Shown here: positions 41,654 to 51,893 of the stretch, piece after piece
Position numbering within the stretch: position 1 is the first letter of the stretch
Layout of the letters: each line of letters begins with the position of its first letter
From: Nitrosopumilus sp.
GTDB taxonomy: Archaea > Thermoproteota > Nitrososphaeria > Nitrososphaerales > Nitrosopumilaceae
Reading direction: 5' to 3'
Length of the DNA stretch: 64,000 nucleotides
NCBI GenBank assembly: GCA_965238275.1
Contig: OZ250186.1
Span: 1,568,001-1,632,000, forward strand
Translations under genes and position numbers: made by a program
The notes under the pieces: generated by a model
Seen by the model: the letters and a program-made list of their open reading frames with translations, nothing else
Database searches by the model: none
Told to the model about the DNA's origin: nothing

Positions 41654-43096
41654 TAGTTTGTTGCACAACCTCGTCGAACCCATGGACGTGGGGAAGTACT
41701 GCCAGTACTGCCACCCTTCCTACGCCCTCATGATTGCCTCCCGTGCCACGTCCAGCAGTTCATTGTATATCCTGACCTTGATTCCGATCTCGTTGATTAT
41801 GTTCTTCATGGTTCTGGCCATCACAAAGTCGCCAAACCGCCTCTTGAACGCGGAGAATACTATCTCTACAAGCCACCGGCGGCCATAGCCTACCTTCCGT
41901 TTCCATTCCTTTTGGTTCTTGGAGCGCTCGTCGGCGTCCAGTGCGGAAAGTTCCTTGGGCCCGTGCTTGCTGCCGCACAGCTGATCCTGCGCAGCCAGGG
42001 CGCGCGCCCGGCCCTTGCCATTTGATCTGGAATTGGAATTCTGGCGTACCTTGATCAGCGAGTAGATCCCGAGATTCTTGCACAGCGAGTGGATCTTCCG
42101 GGTGTCATATCCTCCGTCACCCAAGACGGCTATGACGGATTCTTCCAGATTCCCAGCCGTGCTTGCGGCATTGATTGCCTGTTCGATCACGTCTGACTCC
42201 CTCTGGGGTTGTCGATCCCCTTGGCCCTTCCTGTCAGATGACGGGGACTGTGCCGGGTCCTTTTTGTCAGCCGACCCTCCCCCCTGCCGGGCGTTCCTGC
42301 AGAGCCTGCCGGCGTCGATTCCGAGGCACTCCAGCGAGTCCTCCAGGAGGCCCTCAAACTGCGGAGAATCTCCCGTGCGTTCGTCAGTCACCTTGAATGC
42401 CACGATCTTTTGCGTGTCGTGCTCGATCATGACGCTCAGCCTGATCCAGCCCCGCTTTACCTTGTGCTTGTGGCGCATCCAATCGCTGCGCGTGGAAGGC
42501 GTCAGTCCCGTGCCGTCAGGGATCAGCCGCATGATGCTCCCCTTGCTCCTTACCTCCACGCATCCCTCCGCGCTTGTGACATTCATCTTGTTGATTCGCC
42601 TGCACAGCGTGGTGTGATCCGGGGCGTCCTTCTCCCCCAAAGCGCTTATCGCCAATCCTTCGCAGGGCCGGTACGCGAGCTTGAGCTTGTACCTCACCCC
42701 GGCGATTGCCATTATGGTCAACTCGGAGTAGTCAAAAGGGCGCCCGTTTTTCTTCTTGTTCATCCTGGCAAGATCCTTGGCAGAATCCGGATCGGGGGCC
42801 AGGAACAGCAACATTCCCTGTTCTATGTACCTCGCGTCGTTCTGGGAATGGGTTATGTGGAGCCTGGATTTCTTCCCGCCTGTTTCCTCTACATCTGCCA
42901 CGTACATGTGGGGGTAGGGTGATCTTTGTGCCTTTTGGGCAAAAAAATTGACGGTTTTGGCGGATTTTTGTCAACCTGCAGTGGCCACATGCAAATACGC
43001 TATTCTTGTCTCCCGTATGCCCGGCAGATTCTGCCTGCAGGAATGCCCAAGGCCACAGGAGTGGGGTGATTCTAGGCAGGGTTGTGCAACAAACTA
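41654..43096 (-). mobile_element. IS5-family (IS903-like) insertion sequence
   Basis: Perfect 17-bp TIR TAGTTTGTTGCACAACC; TSD (A)CCCGTGTG at 41645-53 and 43096-104. Confidence 0.92.
41720..42907 (-). CDS. IS5-family transposase
   Basis: GRPFDYS, PDHTTLCRR, DGTG, GDGGYD, GYGRRWLVEIVFSAFK. Confidence 0.92.
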   Translation of the reverse strand: MYVADVEETGGKKSRLHITHSQNDARYIEQGMLLFLAPDPDSAKDLARMNKKKNGRPFDYSELTIMAIAGVRYKLKLAYRPCEGLAISALGEKDAPDHTTLCRRINKMNVTSAEGCVEVRSKGSIMRLIPDGTGLTPSTRSDWMRHKHKVKRGWIRLSVMIEHDTQKIVAFKVTDERTGDSPQFEGLLEDSLECLGIDAGRLCRNARQGGGSADKKDPAQSPSSDRKGQGDRQPQRESDVIEQAINAASTAGNLEESVIAVLGDGGYDTRKIHSLCKNLGIYSLIKVRQNSNSRSNGKGRARALAAQDQLCGSKHGPKELSALDADERSKNQKEWKRKVGYGRRWLVEIVFSAFKRRFGDFVMARTMKNIINEIGIKVRIYNELLDVAREAIMRA

Positions 43097-43141
43097 CCCG
43101 TGTGAAAAGCTTTAAACCCGTCTAATGGCTCATTCATTCGA

Positions 43142-44245
43142 ATGGCAGACAGAATAAAGGTCGGACTGGTCGGTATCGGAAACTGCTTTTCAGGACTGAT
43201 TCAGGGAATCGAGTACTACAGAAAGAACCCCTCCCAGGAGGTGACTGGAATTATTCATGATAATCTGGCCGGATATGGAATCTATGACATCGACTTTGTA
43301 TGCGGGTTTGACGTGGGTGAAAACAAGATTGGAAAAACCATCAACAGCGCCATATACGAATACCCGAACATGGTTGACTGGATTCCCAAAGATGAGATGC
43401 CTGCAACAGACGCGCTGGTCTATGAGAGCCCGGTGCTGGACGGGGTTGGACTGTGGGTCGAAAACCGGGTCAAGCCAATCACCAGTAGCAAGACGACTGA
43501 TCAGATAGCCGAAGATGTCAAGCAGATAATCGCCAAGACCGGTACTGAGATCATCGTATCCTATCTGCCTGTAGGCTCTGACAAGGTGACTGCGTTCTGG
43601 GCCCAAATCTGTCTTGATACCGGCACTGCATTTGTCAACTGCATCCCGTCATTTATCGCCTCAGACGCGGCGTGGGCCAAAAAATTTGAGGAAAGGAACA
43701 TTCCCTGCATCGGCGATGACATCAAGGGGCAGGTCGGGGCGACCATCGTCCACAGAACCCTTGCCAAACTCTGCAACGACCGGGGAACCAAGATCGAAAA
43801 GACATACCAGATTAATGTCGGGGGCAACACCGACTTTCTAAACATGAAGGAGCAGGAGAGGCTGGTATCAAAAAAGATCTCCAAGACCGAAAGCGTACAG
43901 AGCCAGCTTGATACCCGGCTTGACGATGATCAGATCTATGTGGGGCCCTCTGACTTTATCCCATTCCTGAGGAATACCAAGCTCATGTTTATGAGAATCG
44001 AGGGACGCCAGTGGGCAAACATACCCTACAACATGGAGGTCCGCCTGGAAGTAGACGACAAGGCAAACTCTGCAGGAATTGTAATTGACGCCATCAGGCT
44101 GGCAAAAATAGCACTTGACAGGGGTATTGGCGGGCCAATCAAGTCGGCAAGCGCATATCTTATGAAACATCCGATAGAGCAGACATCCGATGTTGCAGCA
44201 AAGGCAGAATGCGAAAGATTCGTTGCCAACGAACCCGCTCCGTGA
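43142..44245 (+). CDS. ino1: myo-inositol-1-phosphate synthase
   Basis: GIGNC, YLPVGS, GDDIKGQVGAT, GGNTDFLNM, SKKISKT. Confidence 0.95.
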   Translation: MADRIKVGLVGIGNCFSGLIQGIEYYRKNPSQEVTGIIHDNLAGYGIYDIDFVCGFDVGENKIGKTINSAIYEYPNMVDWIPKDEMPATDALVYESPVLDGVGLWVENRVKPITSSKTTDQIAEDVKQIIAKTGTEIIVSYLPVGSDKVTAFWAQICLDTGTAFVNCIPSFIASDAAWAKKFEERNIPCIGDDIKGQVGATIVHRTLAKLCNDRGTKIEKTYQINVGGNTDFLNMKEQERLVSKKISKTESVQSQLDTRLDDDQIYVGPSDFIPFLRNTKLMFMRIEGRQWANIPYNMEVRLEVDDKANSAGIVIDAIRLAKIALDRGIGGPIKSASAYLMKHPIEQTSDVAAKAECERFVANEPAP

Positions 44246-44854
44246 CGGCATGCCTGGCGCCACGCGCCTCTCTCCTGGTAAACGCCTGCGTGCTGCAGAC
44301 CGGACCACATCCACTTCCAAACCGTGCCTGGAGGAACCGCCGTGCCACATGACAGCCCATTCAATATTGCATATTGCCCGACAAACGGCCAAAATTTACC
44401 GGTTGTCTACACACACCGTGTCTTGCTTCCTCTGGAACCTCCATCAGGATGCCGCGCTCGGTCATCTTGTCGAGGCTTGACGGCTTGACACAGACCGGAT
44501 CGCCCAAGCGCAAACGCGGAGACCATCAGCAAAAGGACAGTTTGGCGGCCAGATAACCGGGACGCTGCAAGGCGTGACGGGTGACCAGTCTCGGGCATGG
44601 TAAAATATGACATGCTGTCGATAAATGTATTGTGAGATTGCTTGGCTGGGTTCTTGCCTGTCAACCCCGAAATTTACGCACGAATCCAGAAGAATTGTCC
44701 TGCTGATTGGATTGGCGGCGCCAGGCAAGAACTCCTTGCTCTATGCAGTTTGAAGCAGTCTTGCATGGCATGGCTAAGCATTCAGATGGTTTTGTGCCGT
44801 GGGCTGCCAGATTATTCAGGTTGTGTTTATTAGCGGAATTTGCGTAAATCTGCC

Positions 44855-45883
44855 ATGACTGGCAGGTTGCCACTGCTTGCATTTGTTGCGATTCTGGTTG
44901 TGACCGGTGCGGTCACTCCAGCATGGGCAGTCCTGATGCAAGTCTGGCTTAACCCTGATGGCGAGTCCTCGCCATTCCACATACGATACCAAAAAACCGT
45001 CTTTATAGAGTATCCTGGAGACGGGCTGATACACGACCAGCTGAGCGGGCAGGAGTGGATGGTTGCAGGATCCGCAAACTCCTCAAACCCGGGCGTCCAG
45101 AACCTGATGGGCCAGATCAACCAGAACATGCTTGACGCAGGAAGCCGGGCATCGGTATCCGATCTTGACCTATCCTATGACATGCATCTCCAACCTTTTG
45201 GCAGTCACACGTCAATCGACTATGACGTGATTCTAAAGGGGATGATGCCTGACTATCTCATCACAAAGGATTCCCAGTGGGCACTCGTTGATCTGGGGTG
45301 GAGGGGACTCAGCGCATATGATCCAGTAGTTGTTGATGGCGTGGAGATAAACCTGCCAATTAGCATAATAAAAGCCCATGCGCCTGACACGTACAAACTG
45401 CTTGCAGGAACGGCGGCCGATGACATCCTTCTCCGGCCGCTCATCAACGCCGACTTTTTCTTGGAGACGCCCATGACCAACTGGCATTTTCTGTTCGATC
45501 CCACCGGAATCGGCGTCGATGCGGGAGCATTTGGCCTGAGTGGGGAGATCTCCGAGTTTGTCTTTAGCAAGTGGCTCATGGGCGAATCCACCCTTGAGCG
45601 CTACAGCATTAAAGTTGAATCCGTCGTGACACTTGACAGGGAATACACCGTCAGGAGCACCCAATATACAGACCGCGCGGAGATTTGGGTATTGGGCTTT
45701 GGCACGCTGGACGTGCTTGACGGCGTGGATGTCGCATACATCTCCCCCTACCCACCCCCGGCCCACCCGTCCAGAGACAACTTTCCGTCCTTTGCCATAT
45801 ACGGCCTGGCAGGATCTGCGGCCGCTGCCGGAATTGGATTCCTCTTCTTACACAACAGGTTCAAGAAGCGGGCGGCCAGATAA
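44855..45883 (+). CDS. Surface protein paralog 3, lacking the Cys-rich tail
   Basis: Shares SPFHI.YQKTVF.EYP, DLGWRGLSA and WHFLFDPTGI with paralogs 1 and 2; ends shortly after the TM helix. Confidence 0.8.
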   Translation: MTGRLPLLAFVAILVVTGAVTPAWAVLMQVWLNPDGESSPFHIRYQKTVFIEYPGDGLIHDQLSGQEWMVAGSANSSNPGVQNLMGQINQNMLDAGSRASVSDLDLSYDMHLQPFGSHTSIDYDVILKGMMPDYLITKDSQWALVDLGWRGLSAYDPVVVDGVEINLPISIIKAHAPDTYKLLAGTAADDILLRPLINADFFLETPMTNWHFLFDPTGIGVDAGAFGLSGEISEFVFSKWLMGESTLERYSIKVESVVTLDREYTVRSTQYTDRAEIWVLGFGTLDVLDGVDVAYISPYPPPAHPSRDNFPSFAIYGLAGSAAAAGIGFLFLHNRFKKRAAR

Positions 45884-46245
45884 CGGGGAATGGTTTTCAA
45901 CCGCCCACCGAATGTGATTGCAAGATGCCGGGTGCGTGCGGGCCGCGTGAAAGGCATGTCCAGCATCAGATACGGGATCACAGAATCTGGCAGGACGTGG
46001 ATCGACAGGTGCATGAGACGCGAGTTGCGAACTTTCCACGACGCCTGACGTCAAGGGCGTTTGACTTCTGGGTTATGGGAATCAGTCCGTCATAGTTTAA
46101 GAACCGCATGGTATAACTACACCAATGCAGTCACAAAACTATATGGATAATGACATGTTGCCATGTTCATCGAAACTTATTCTGCCAACTAGTCAATTAA
46201 ACTTGTCAGTCCCTAATTATTCCATATTATGCGGGTGTATCCTTA

Positions 46246-49200
46246 TTGGTTCATATTAAAAAAGTGGAGATCTTCGGATTCAAGTCGTTTGGATTTCGAA
46301 ACACCACCGTCCAGTTTGAGCCCGGACTCGTCTCCATCTCGGGCCCAAACGGCTCCGGCAAGAGCAACATCCTGGATGCCATAATCTTTGCCATGGGCGA
46401 GAACAAGCCCAGAATGATGAGGGTTGACCGGCTGCGATCGCTAATCCATGATATCGACGGAAACCGGCGCGGCCCCAAGATGGCACGATCCAGCGTCCAC
46501 TTTGACAACTCTGACCGGAAGATCCCCGTGGACTCTGATGCAGTCGAGATAACAAGGGAGATGGACAAAAACGGCGAGAACACGTACTATCTCAACAAAA
46601 AAAAGACAAACAGAAGCCGCATCCTTGACCTTTTGGACATGGCAGACGCGGGACTGGGACAGCTTAACGCCATCCAGCAGGGAACGGTGACCAGGATATC
46701 TGAGTTTACCTCCGATGAGAAGAGAAAGGCGATCGAGGATCTGATAGGCCTGTCATACTTTGATGAGAAGAAGAAGGAGGCAGTGGATCAGCTTGACACA
46801 GCTGACCGGAGGCTTCAGATTGCCCTGGCCAAGATGGACGAGGTCAAAAAGAGAATAGACGAGCTGGACGAGGAGCGGAACCAGATGCTTCGCCACGACC
46901 TGCTGGCAAGGGAGATCGACCGGTACGGGGCCGTGTCTGCTGCCAACAGAATCAGGACAATCTCAGACCAAAAGTCTGCCAAGGCCGAGTCCCTCGACCA
47001 AACCGCAGAGAGGATATCATTCCTACGTGACAGGCAGAACACCCTGCGCGCCAAAATAGACTCCCTTGAAGCCCAGAAGACAGAGATGATGACTGCAGCA
47101 GACGACTACAGCAGGGCAAAGTCATCCCTTGACACACAGATAAGCACTGCCCGGGAACGGTACGAGGCTGACAGCGGTGCTGTGGGGACGGCCAAAAGGA
47201 GGATTGCGCAGATAAACTCCCGGACCCCTGCAATCAAGACCGAGCTTGAAGGGATCAGCGGCGCCAGGGCCGGCCTTGAGGCCAAGATCCAAAATGTCCG
47301 CAGATCCATCGATGCGATCGCCGCCCAGACCCGCAAAGCCGACGAGGCCCTCAAGGCGATAGATTCCCAGAGGGACACGATTCTTGACCGCCAGTCCACG
47401 GCTGCCGCCAAAAAATCCAAGACCGACGAGAAGATCAAGGGCCTGACGGCGCAGCTAAACCAGGAGAAACTGAGCCTCTCCAAGATCACCTACGAACGCG
47501 ACGAATCCGACAAAAGAATCAGCACAAATCTTGCAAAACTGGACAGCATGGAAAAAGCAATCTCTGACCTGACTGCCAGCAAGATCCGACTGGAATCCAT
47601 GATGACAAGCCATGACGAGACGATCCAGGGGCACAAATCCCGCATTGGAAAGATGCACAGTACAAGATCAAGGGTGAGCCGGGACATGGAGGAACTGGGA
47701 ATAATACTGGAAAAATCCAACAAGGCTGCCATCCAGTACGAGTCAAGGATTAAGATGATCCGGAATCTGATGCATGAGGACTATACTATTGCAAAACTCA
47801 AGGCCGACGCATCCAGGCTGGGCATCGAGGGACTGGTCTATGAGATGATCACCTGGGACAAAAAGTACGAACGCCCGGTCCTTGCCGTCGGCTCTGACTG
47901 GATCAAGGCCATCGTGGTAAACGATTTTGCAACCCTGCTCGGAATTGCAGAGGTTGCAAAGAGCAGAAAGCTTCCAAAACTCAAGATCATCCCGCTGGAT
48001 GCAATCCCAAAACTTGATTTTGAACCTCCCAAAAGACCCGGGGTCCTAGGCGTCCTTGCCGACTATGTCAGGTGTGATGCTGCGCACTCTGCACTCAAAA
48101 CCCTTCTCTTCGGGAGCGTGATCCTGACTGACGGCAGGGATTCTGCCTTTGCCCTCTCGCAGGAGGGATACAAGGCAGTGACCCTGGACGGGGAATACTT
48201 TGAGGCAGACAACGGGGCAGTCGTAATAGAGATAAACTCCAAGATCTCAAAACTGACCAAGCTGATATCCATGAGCAGCGACATAGACGGCCTCTTTGAG
48301 TCCATCGGGCTGATCAAGAGGTACCTGGACAGAAAGAGGCGCCACCTGAGGAGGCTTGAGGGCTCCATCCAGTCAAGCACAGAGAACCTCTCGGCCTCTG
48401 AGACGTCCCTTGCCGCCATCGGCGAGAACCACTCCCACCTCCAGTCCGGCATCCCCTCTAAGATCGAGGCAAAAAAGATACTTGAGGAGCAGACCTCCGG
48501 GATGCGTTCCAGAATATCTGCGGCCGCATCCGAAACATCTGCCTGCAAGTCGCGCATCGATTCCCTGCAAAAGAGCGTCTCCCTGGCAGAAGCAGACTAT
48601 ACAGACGGCCAGCAGACGCTGATTGCCGCCGAACTTGCCGAAACCAACAAAAAAAAGATGGCCGCAGAACAGCTCCACACCCAAATATCCGGACAACACC
48701 GCGAGGAGTCCTCCCGGCTGGCAGTGCTCCAGGTCCAGACAAGCCGTGAAACATCCAGGTCTGGCATTCTGGACTCTGAGGCAGAATCCCTGGCATCAGA
48801 ACTGCAGGATCTGCATGGGAAGATCCAAAAACTAGAGGCCGGCATGGCCTCAGAAAACAAGGTCCTCGTAGGACTCAGGGAGCAGGAGCAGAACCTCATT
48901 GCCACATCCGGCTCGTCAATAGGCAGGCTCAAAGAGTATGACACCCAGATCAAGGCGCTCCTGACAGATGAGCAGGGCGTGTCCAGAGAGACTGCCGCGC
49001 TGGAGCGCCGCTCAGACTCCCTGACGCGTGATCTGCAGGAGCTGACCGAGGCAGAGGCCGACCTGCAAAAGATCCTTGATGCGTTCGGGCTTGACCGGGA
49101 TGCAGAAGTCTTTGATGTCGGCCCGGTCCTTGAGGGGCTTGAGGCAGAGATTGGCTCCCTTACGGCGCTGAACGCAAAGGCCCCCGAGACATACCTTGCA

Positions 49201-49767
49201 GTCACGGGCGGATACCGCTCCATGTCGGCAAGAAAGAACTCCCTTGAGGAGGAGCGAAACTCGATAGTCGCCTTCATTGAGAACGTCGAAAGGGACAAGC
49301 GCCAGACGTTCCTTGACGCCTTTGACCTGGTGGACAGGGAGATCCGCCTGATCTTCAACAAGATGACCGGCGGAAACGCATGGATGGAACTGCAAAACGA
49401 AGACGACATATTCAGCTCCGGCATCTCATACCTCATCCAGTTCCCCGACAAGCCAAAGAGGGAGTCCACCTCAATCAGCGGCGGCGAGAAGACGCTTGCC
49501 GCCATCGTCTTTGTACTGGCACTTCAAAAACTCAAGCCGTCGCCGTTTTATCTGCTCGACGAAGTCGACGCGCACCTTGATGCGCCAAACTCCGAGAGGC
49601 TCTCAAAGATACTGGAGGAGAGATCCCGAAAGAGCCAGTTCATCATGGTCTCCCTCAAGGACTCCGTGGTCCAGAAGGCGGGGCTGATTTATGGCGTATT
49701 TCCAAAGAACGGCGTCTCCCACGTGGTCGTGTACAAGGACAAGCGCGTGCCGTCTGTCCGGGCCTAG
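46246..49767 (+). CDS. smc: Chromosome segregation protein SMC
   Basis: FKSF, GPNGSGKSN, coiled coils and hinge, SGGEK, LDEVDAHLD. Confidence 0.97.
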   Translation: MVHIKKVEIFGFKSFGFRNTTVQFEPGLVSISGPNGSGKSNILDAIIFAMGENKPRMMRVDRLRSLIHDIDGNRRGPKMARSSVHFDNSDRKIPVDSDAVEITREMDKNGENTYYLNKKKTNRSRILDLLDMADAGLGQLNAIQQGTVTRISEFTSDEKRKAIEDLIGLSYFDEKKKEAVDQLDTADRRLQIALAKMDEVKKRIDELDEERNQMLRHDLLAREIDRYGAVSAANRIRTISDQKSAKAESLDQTAERISFLRDRQNTLRAKIDSLEAQKTEMMTAADDYSRAKSSLDTQISTARERYEADSGAVGTAKRRIAQINSRTPAIKTELEGISGARAGLEAKIQNVRRSIDAIAAQTRKADEALKAIDSQRDTILDRQSTAAAKKSKTDEKIKGLTAQLNQEKLSLSKITYERDESDKRISTNLAKLDSMEKAISDLTASKIRLESMMTSHDETIQGHKSRIGKMHSTRSRVSRDMEELGIILEKSNKAAIQYESRIKMIRNLMHEDYTIAKLKADASRLGIEGLVYEMITWDKKYERPVLAVGSDWIKAIVVNDFATLLGIAEVAKSRKLPKLKIIPLDAIPKLDFEPPKRPGVLGVLADYVRCDAAHSALKTLLFGSVILTDGRDSAFALSQEGYKAVTLDGEYFEADNGAVVIEINSKISKLTKLISMSSDIDGLFESIGLIKRYLDRKRRHLRRLEGSIQSSTENLSASETSLAAIGENHSHLQSGIPSKIEAKKILEEQTSGMRSRISAAASETSACKSRIDSLQKSVSLAEADYTDGQQTLIAAELAETNKKKMAAEQLHTQISGQHREESSRLAVLQVQTSRETSRSGILDSEAESLASELQDLHGKIQKLEAGMASENKVLVGLREQEQNLIATSGSSIGRLKEYDTQIKALLTDEQGVSRETAALERRSDSLTRDLQELTEAEADLQKILDAFGLDRDAEVFDVGPVLEGLEAEIGSLTALNAKAPETYLAVTGGYRSMSARKNSLEEERNSIVAFIENVERDKRQTFLDAFDLVDREIRLIFNKMTGGNAWMELQNEDDIFSSGISYLIQFPDKPKRESTSISGGEKTLAAIVFVLALQKLKPSPFYLLDEVDAHLDAPNSERLSKILEERSRKSQFIMVSLKDSVVQKAGLIYGVFPKNGVSHVVVYKDKRVPSVRA

Positions 49768-50747
49768 CCAATATCCACATAGCATGCGGCAAGGTGGCGG
49801 CCGTCTTCTGTCCCCTCCAGGTCAGGCTCCTTGACGCACTTTTCCATGGCATAGGGACACCTTGACCTGAACCTGCATCCTCCCGACACGCCTTCCTCCG
49901 GGGGCTCCTTGATCCTGATCCTCTTCTCCAGGTGCCGGTTCTCGGGATCGGGATCCGATATCGCATCAATGAGGGCCTGCGTGTACGGGTGCCTGGGACT
50001 CAGCAGCACCCTGTCTATGGGCCCCATCTCAACGATCTTTCCCCTGTACAGGATGCCTATGTCCTGCCCGAAATACCTGGCAGTCGCAAGGTCGTGCGTA
50101 ATGTATATGAACGATATCTTGTGCTTTTCCTGCAGCTGGCGCATCAGCTCAAGCATCTCTATCCTTATGGAGACATCCAGCATCGAGACCGGCTCGTCTG
50201 CAATAATCACCTTGGGCTTTAGCGCCAGCGCCCTTGCCAGCACGACCCTCTGCCTCTGTCCGCCTGAGAGCATGTGGGGGTACTTTGCCATGACGTCTTC
50301 TGGCGCCATCCTCACCTCCCGGAGCACCTGGACGACCCTCCGGCGCCGCTCCTCCCCGTCCCCCATCTTGTGGATCTCAAGCGGCTCTGCCACTATGCTG
50401 CCCACCTTCATCCTGGGGTTGATGGAGTCGTACGGGTCCTGGTGAACCATCTGGCAGCCCATCCTGATCTCCTCCAGGCCCTTCCGGGTGTGCCGGACTG
50501 CCTTGCCGTCAAAAAAGACCTCCCCCGAGTCCGGCTGCAGCGATCCCAGTATCAGGCGCGCTATGGTGGACTTTCCCGAGCCGGACTCGCCTGCCAGCAC
50601 CAGCACCTTTCCGCCCTCAAGCGTAAACGACACGTCATCGACTGCCCTGATCTCGGGAGTCGCGGATCTAAACATTCCCCGCTTGACAAAATACTTCTTT
50701 AGATGCTCGACTTTTAGAATCTCGCCCAACACCACTGATCCTGGCAT
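49764..50747 (-). CDS. Oligopeptide/dipeptide ABC transporter ATP-binding protein
   Basis: GESGSGKS, LSGGQRQR, ADEP, HPYT, GCRF..RC; true start may be TTG 50729. Confidence 0.93.
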   Translation of the reverse strand: MPGSVVLGEILKVEHLKKYFVKRGMFRSATPEIRAVDDVSFTLEGGKVLVLAGESGSGKSTIARLILGSLQPDSGEVFFDGKAVRHTRKGLEEIRMGCQMVHQDPYDSINPRMKVGSIVAEPLEIHKMGDGEERRRRVVQVLREVRMAPEDVMAKYPHMLSGGQRQRVVLARALALKPKVIIADEPVSMLDVSIRIEMLELMRQLQEKHKISFIYITHDLATARYFGQDIGILYRGKIVEMGPIDRVLLSPRHPYTQALIDAISDPDPENRHLEKRIRIKEPPEEGVSGGCRFRSRCPYAMEKCVKEPDLEGTEDGRHLAACYVDIG

Positions 50748-50852
50748 TCCCGTATATCAAGAGAATGGTCAGACGACGACTACTACTACTACTTCCGGCA
50801 GCCATGCTGTACGTGGCAAGGAATTTATGTAAAGCAGAAACCGCCTTATTAC

Positions 50853-51893
50853 TTGAATGTGACAACCCAGAAGGGCAGGTACAAAAAATATATCGTGGAC
50901 TCGCGGCTCCGGTACTTCAAGCCGCACTCGACTAAGATAACACGGACGTTTGCCCAGGAGGTGTCATCAGGGCTGAGGGATGCGCCGAGGTCAATCCCGC
51001 CGATGTTCTTTTACGACCTGAAGGGCTCGGATATCTTCGAGGAGATATGCGCCCTGCCAGAATACTACGTTACCCGGACGGAGGTCGGCATACTGGCCGG
51101 ACTCCAAAAGGATCTGCCGTCGTACATCGACGGTCCGGTAAGGGTCGTGGAGCTTGGCAGCGGCATGTCCGTCAAGACCCGGACGATCCTTGACGCCGTC
51201 GCCGGCATGCAGGAAGTAGTGGAGTACCTTCCAATCGACGTGTCTGACATCCTTGCAGAAAGTTCCGAGCAGCTGCTGCGCGACTACGACTGCCTGAGCA
51301 TCACCGGAATCATCGACACCTACGAGGGGGGGCTGGAGTTTCTCAGGGACTATGGCGGCAAGAGAAACCTCATACTGTTTCTCGGCTCCAGCTTTGGAAA
51401 CTTCTCACCCGAGGGGGGAGAGAAATTCCTGCGCGACGTGGGCCGCATGATGCGGCCAGGGGATCTCTTCATGATCGGGCTGGACCTTGTAAAGGACAAA
51501 AAGGTGCTAGAGTCTGCCTACGACGACTCCCATGGAGTGACTGCCCGGTTCAATCTCAACATGCTCTCTCGGATAAACGACGAGCTTGACGCGGACTTTG
51601 ACCTGCAAAACTTTGCCCACCACTCAGTCTACAATGAACGGGAGCAGAGAATCGAGATGTACCTCAAGTCGCTTCTCAACCAGCCCGTGGTGATCTCAGA
51701 GTGCGGCCTGAAGATTGATCTCAGGAAGGGCGAATTAATCCACACCGAATACTCCCACAAGTTCACGCTGCCGCAGATCAGAGGACTCCTCGAGGGTGCC
51801 GGATTTCAGGCTAGGCGCGTGTGGCTTGACGATGACTGCTACTTTTCAGTCACCCTGGCATCCAAGCTACTACCCGGCGCACCGGAATCCTGA
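50853..51893 (+). CDS. egtD: L-histidine N-alpha-methyltransferase
   Basis: FFYD.KGS.IFE.I..LPEYY.TR.E, ELGSG, GSSFGN, AYDD..GVTA.FN, TEYSHKF. Confidence 0.93.
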   Translation: MNVTTQKGRYKKYIVDSRLRYFKPHSTKITRTFAQEVSSGLRDAPRSIPPMFFYDLKGSDIFEEICALPEYYVTRTEVGILAGLQKDLPSYIDGPVRVVELGSGMSVKTRTILDAVAGMQEVVEYLPIDVSDILAESSEQLLRDYDCLSITGIIDTYEGGLEFLRDYGGKRNLILFLGSSFGNFSPEGGEKFLRDVGRMMRPGDLFMIGLDLVKDKKVLESAYDDSHGVTARFNLNMLSRINDELDADFDLQNFAHHSVYNEREQRIEMYLKSLLNQPVVISECGLKIDLRKGELIHTEYSHKFTLPQIRGLLEGAGFQARRVWLDDDCYFSVTLASKLLPGAPES

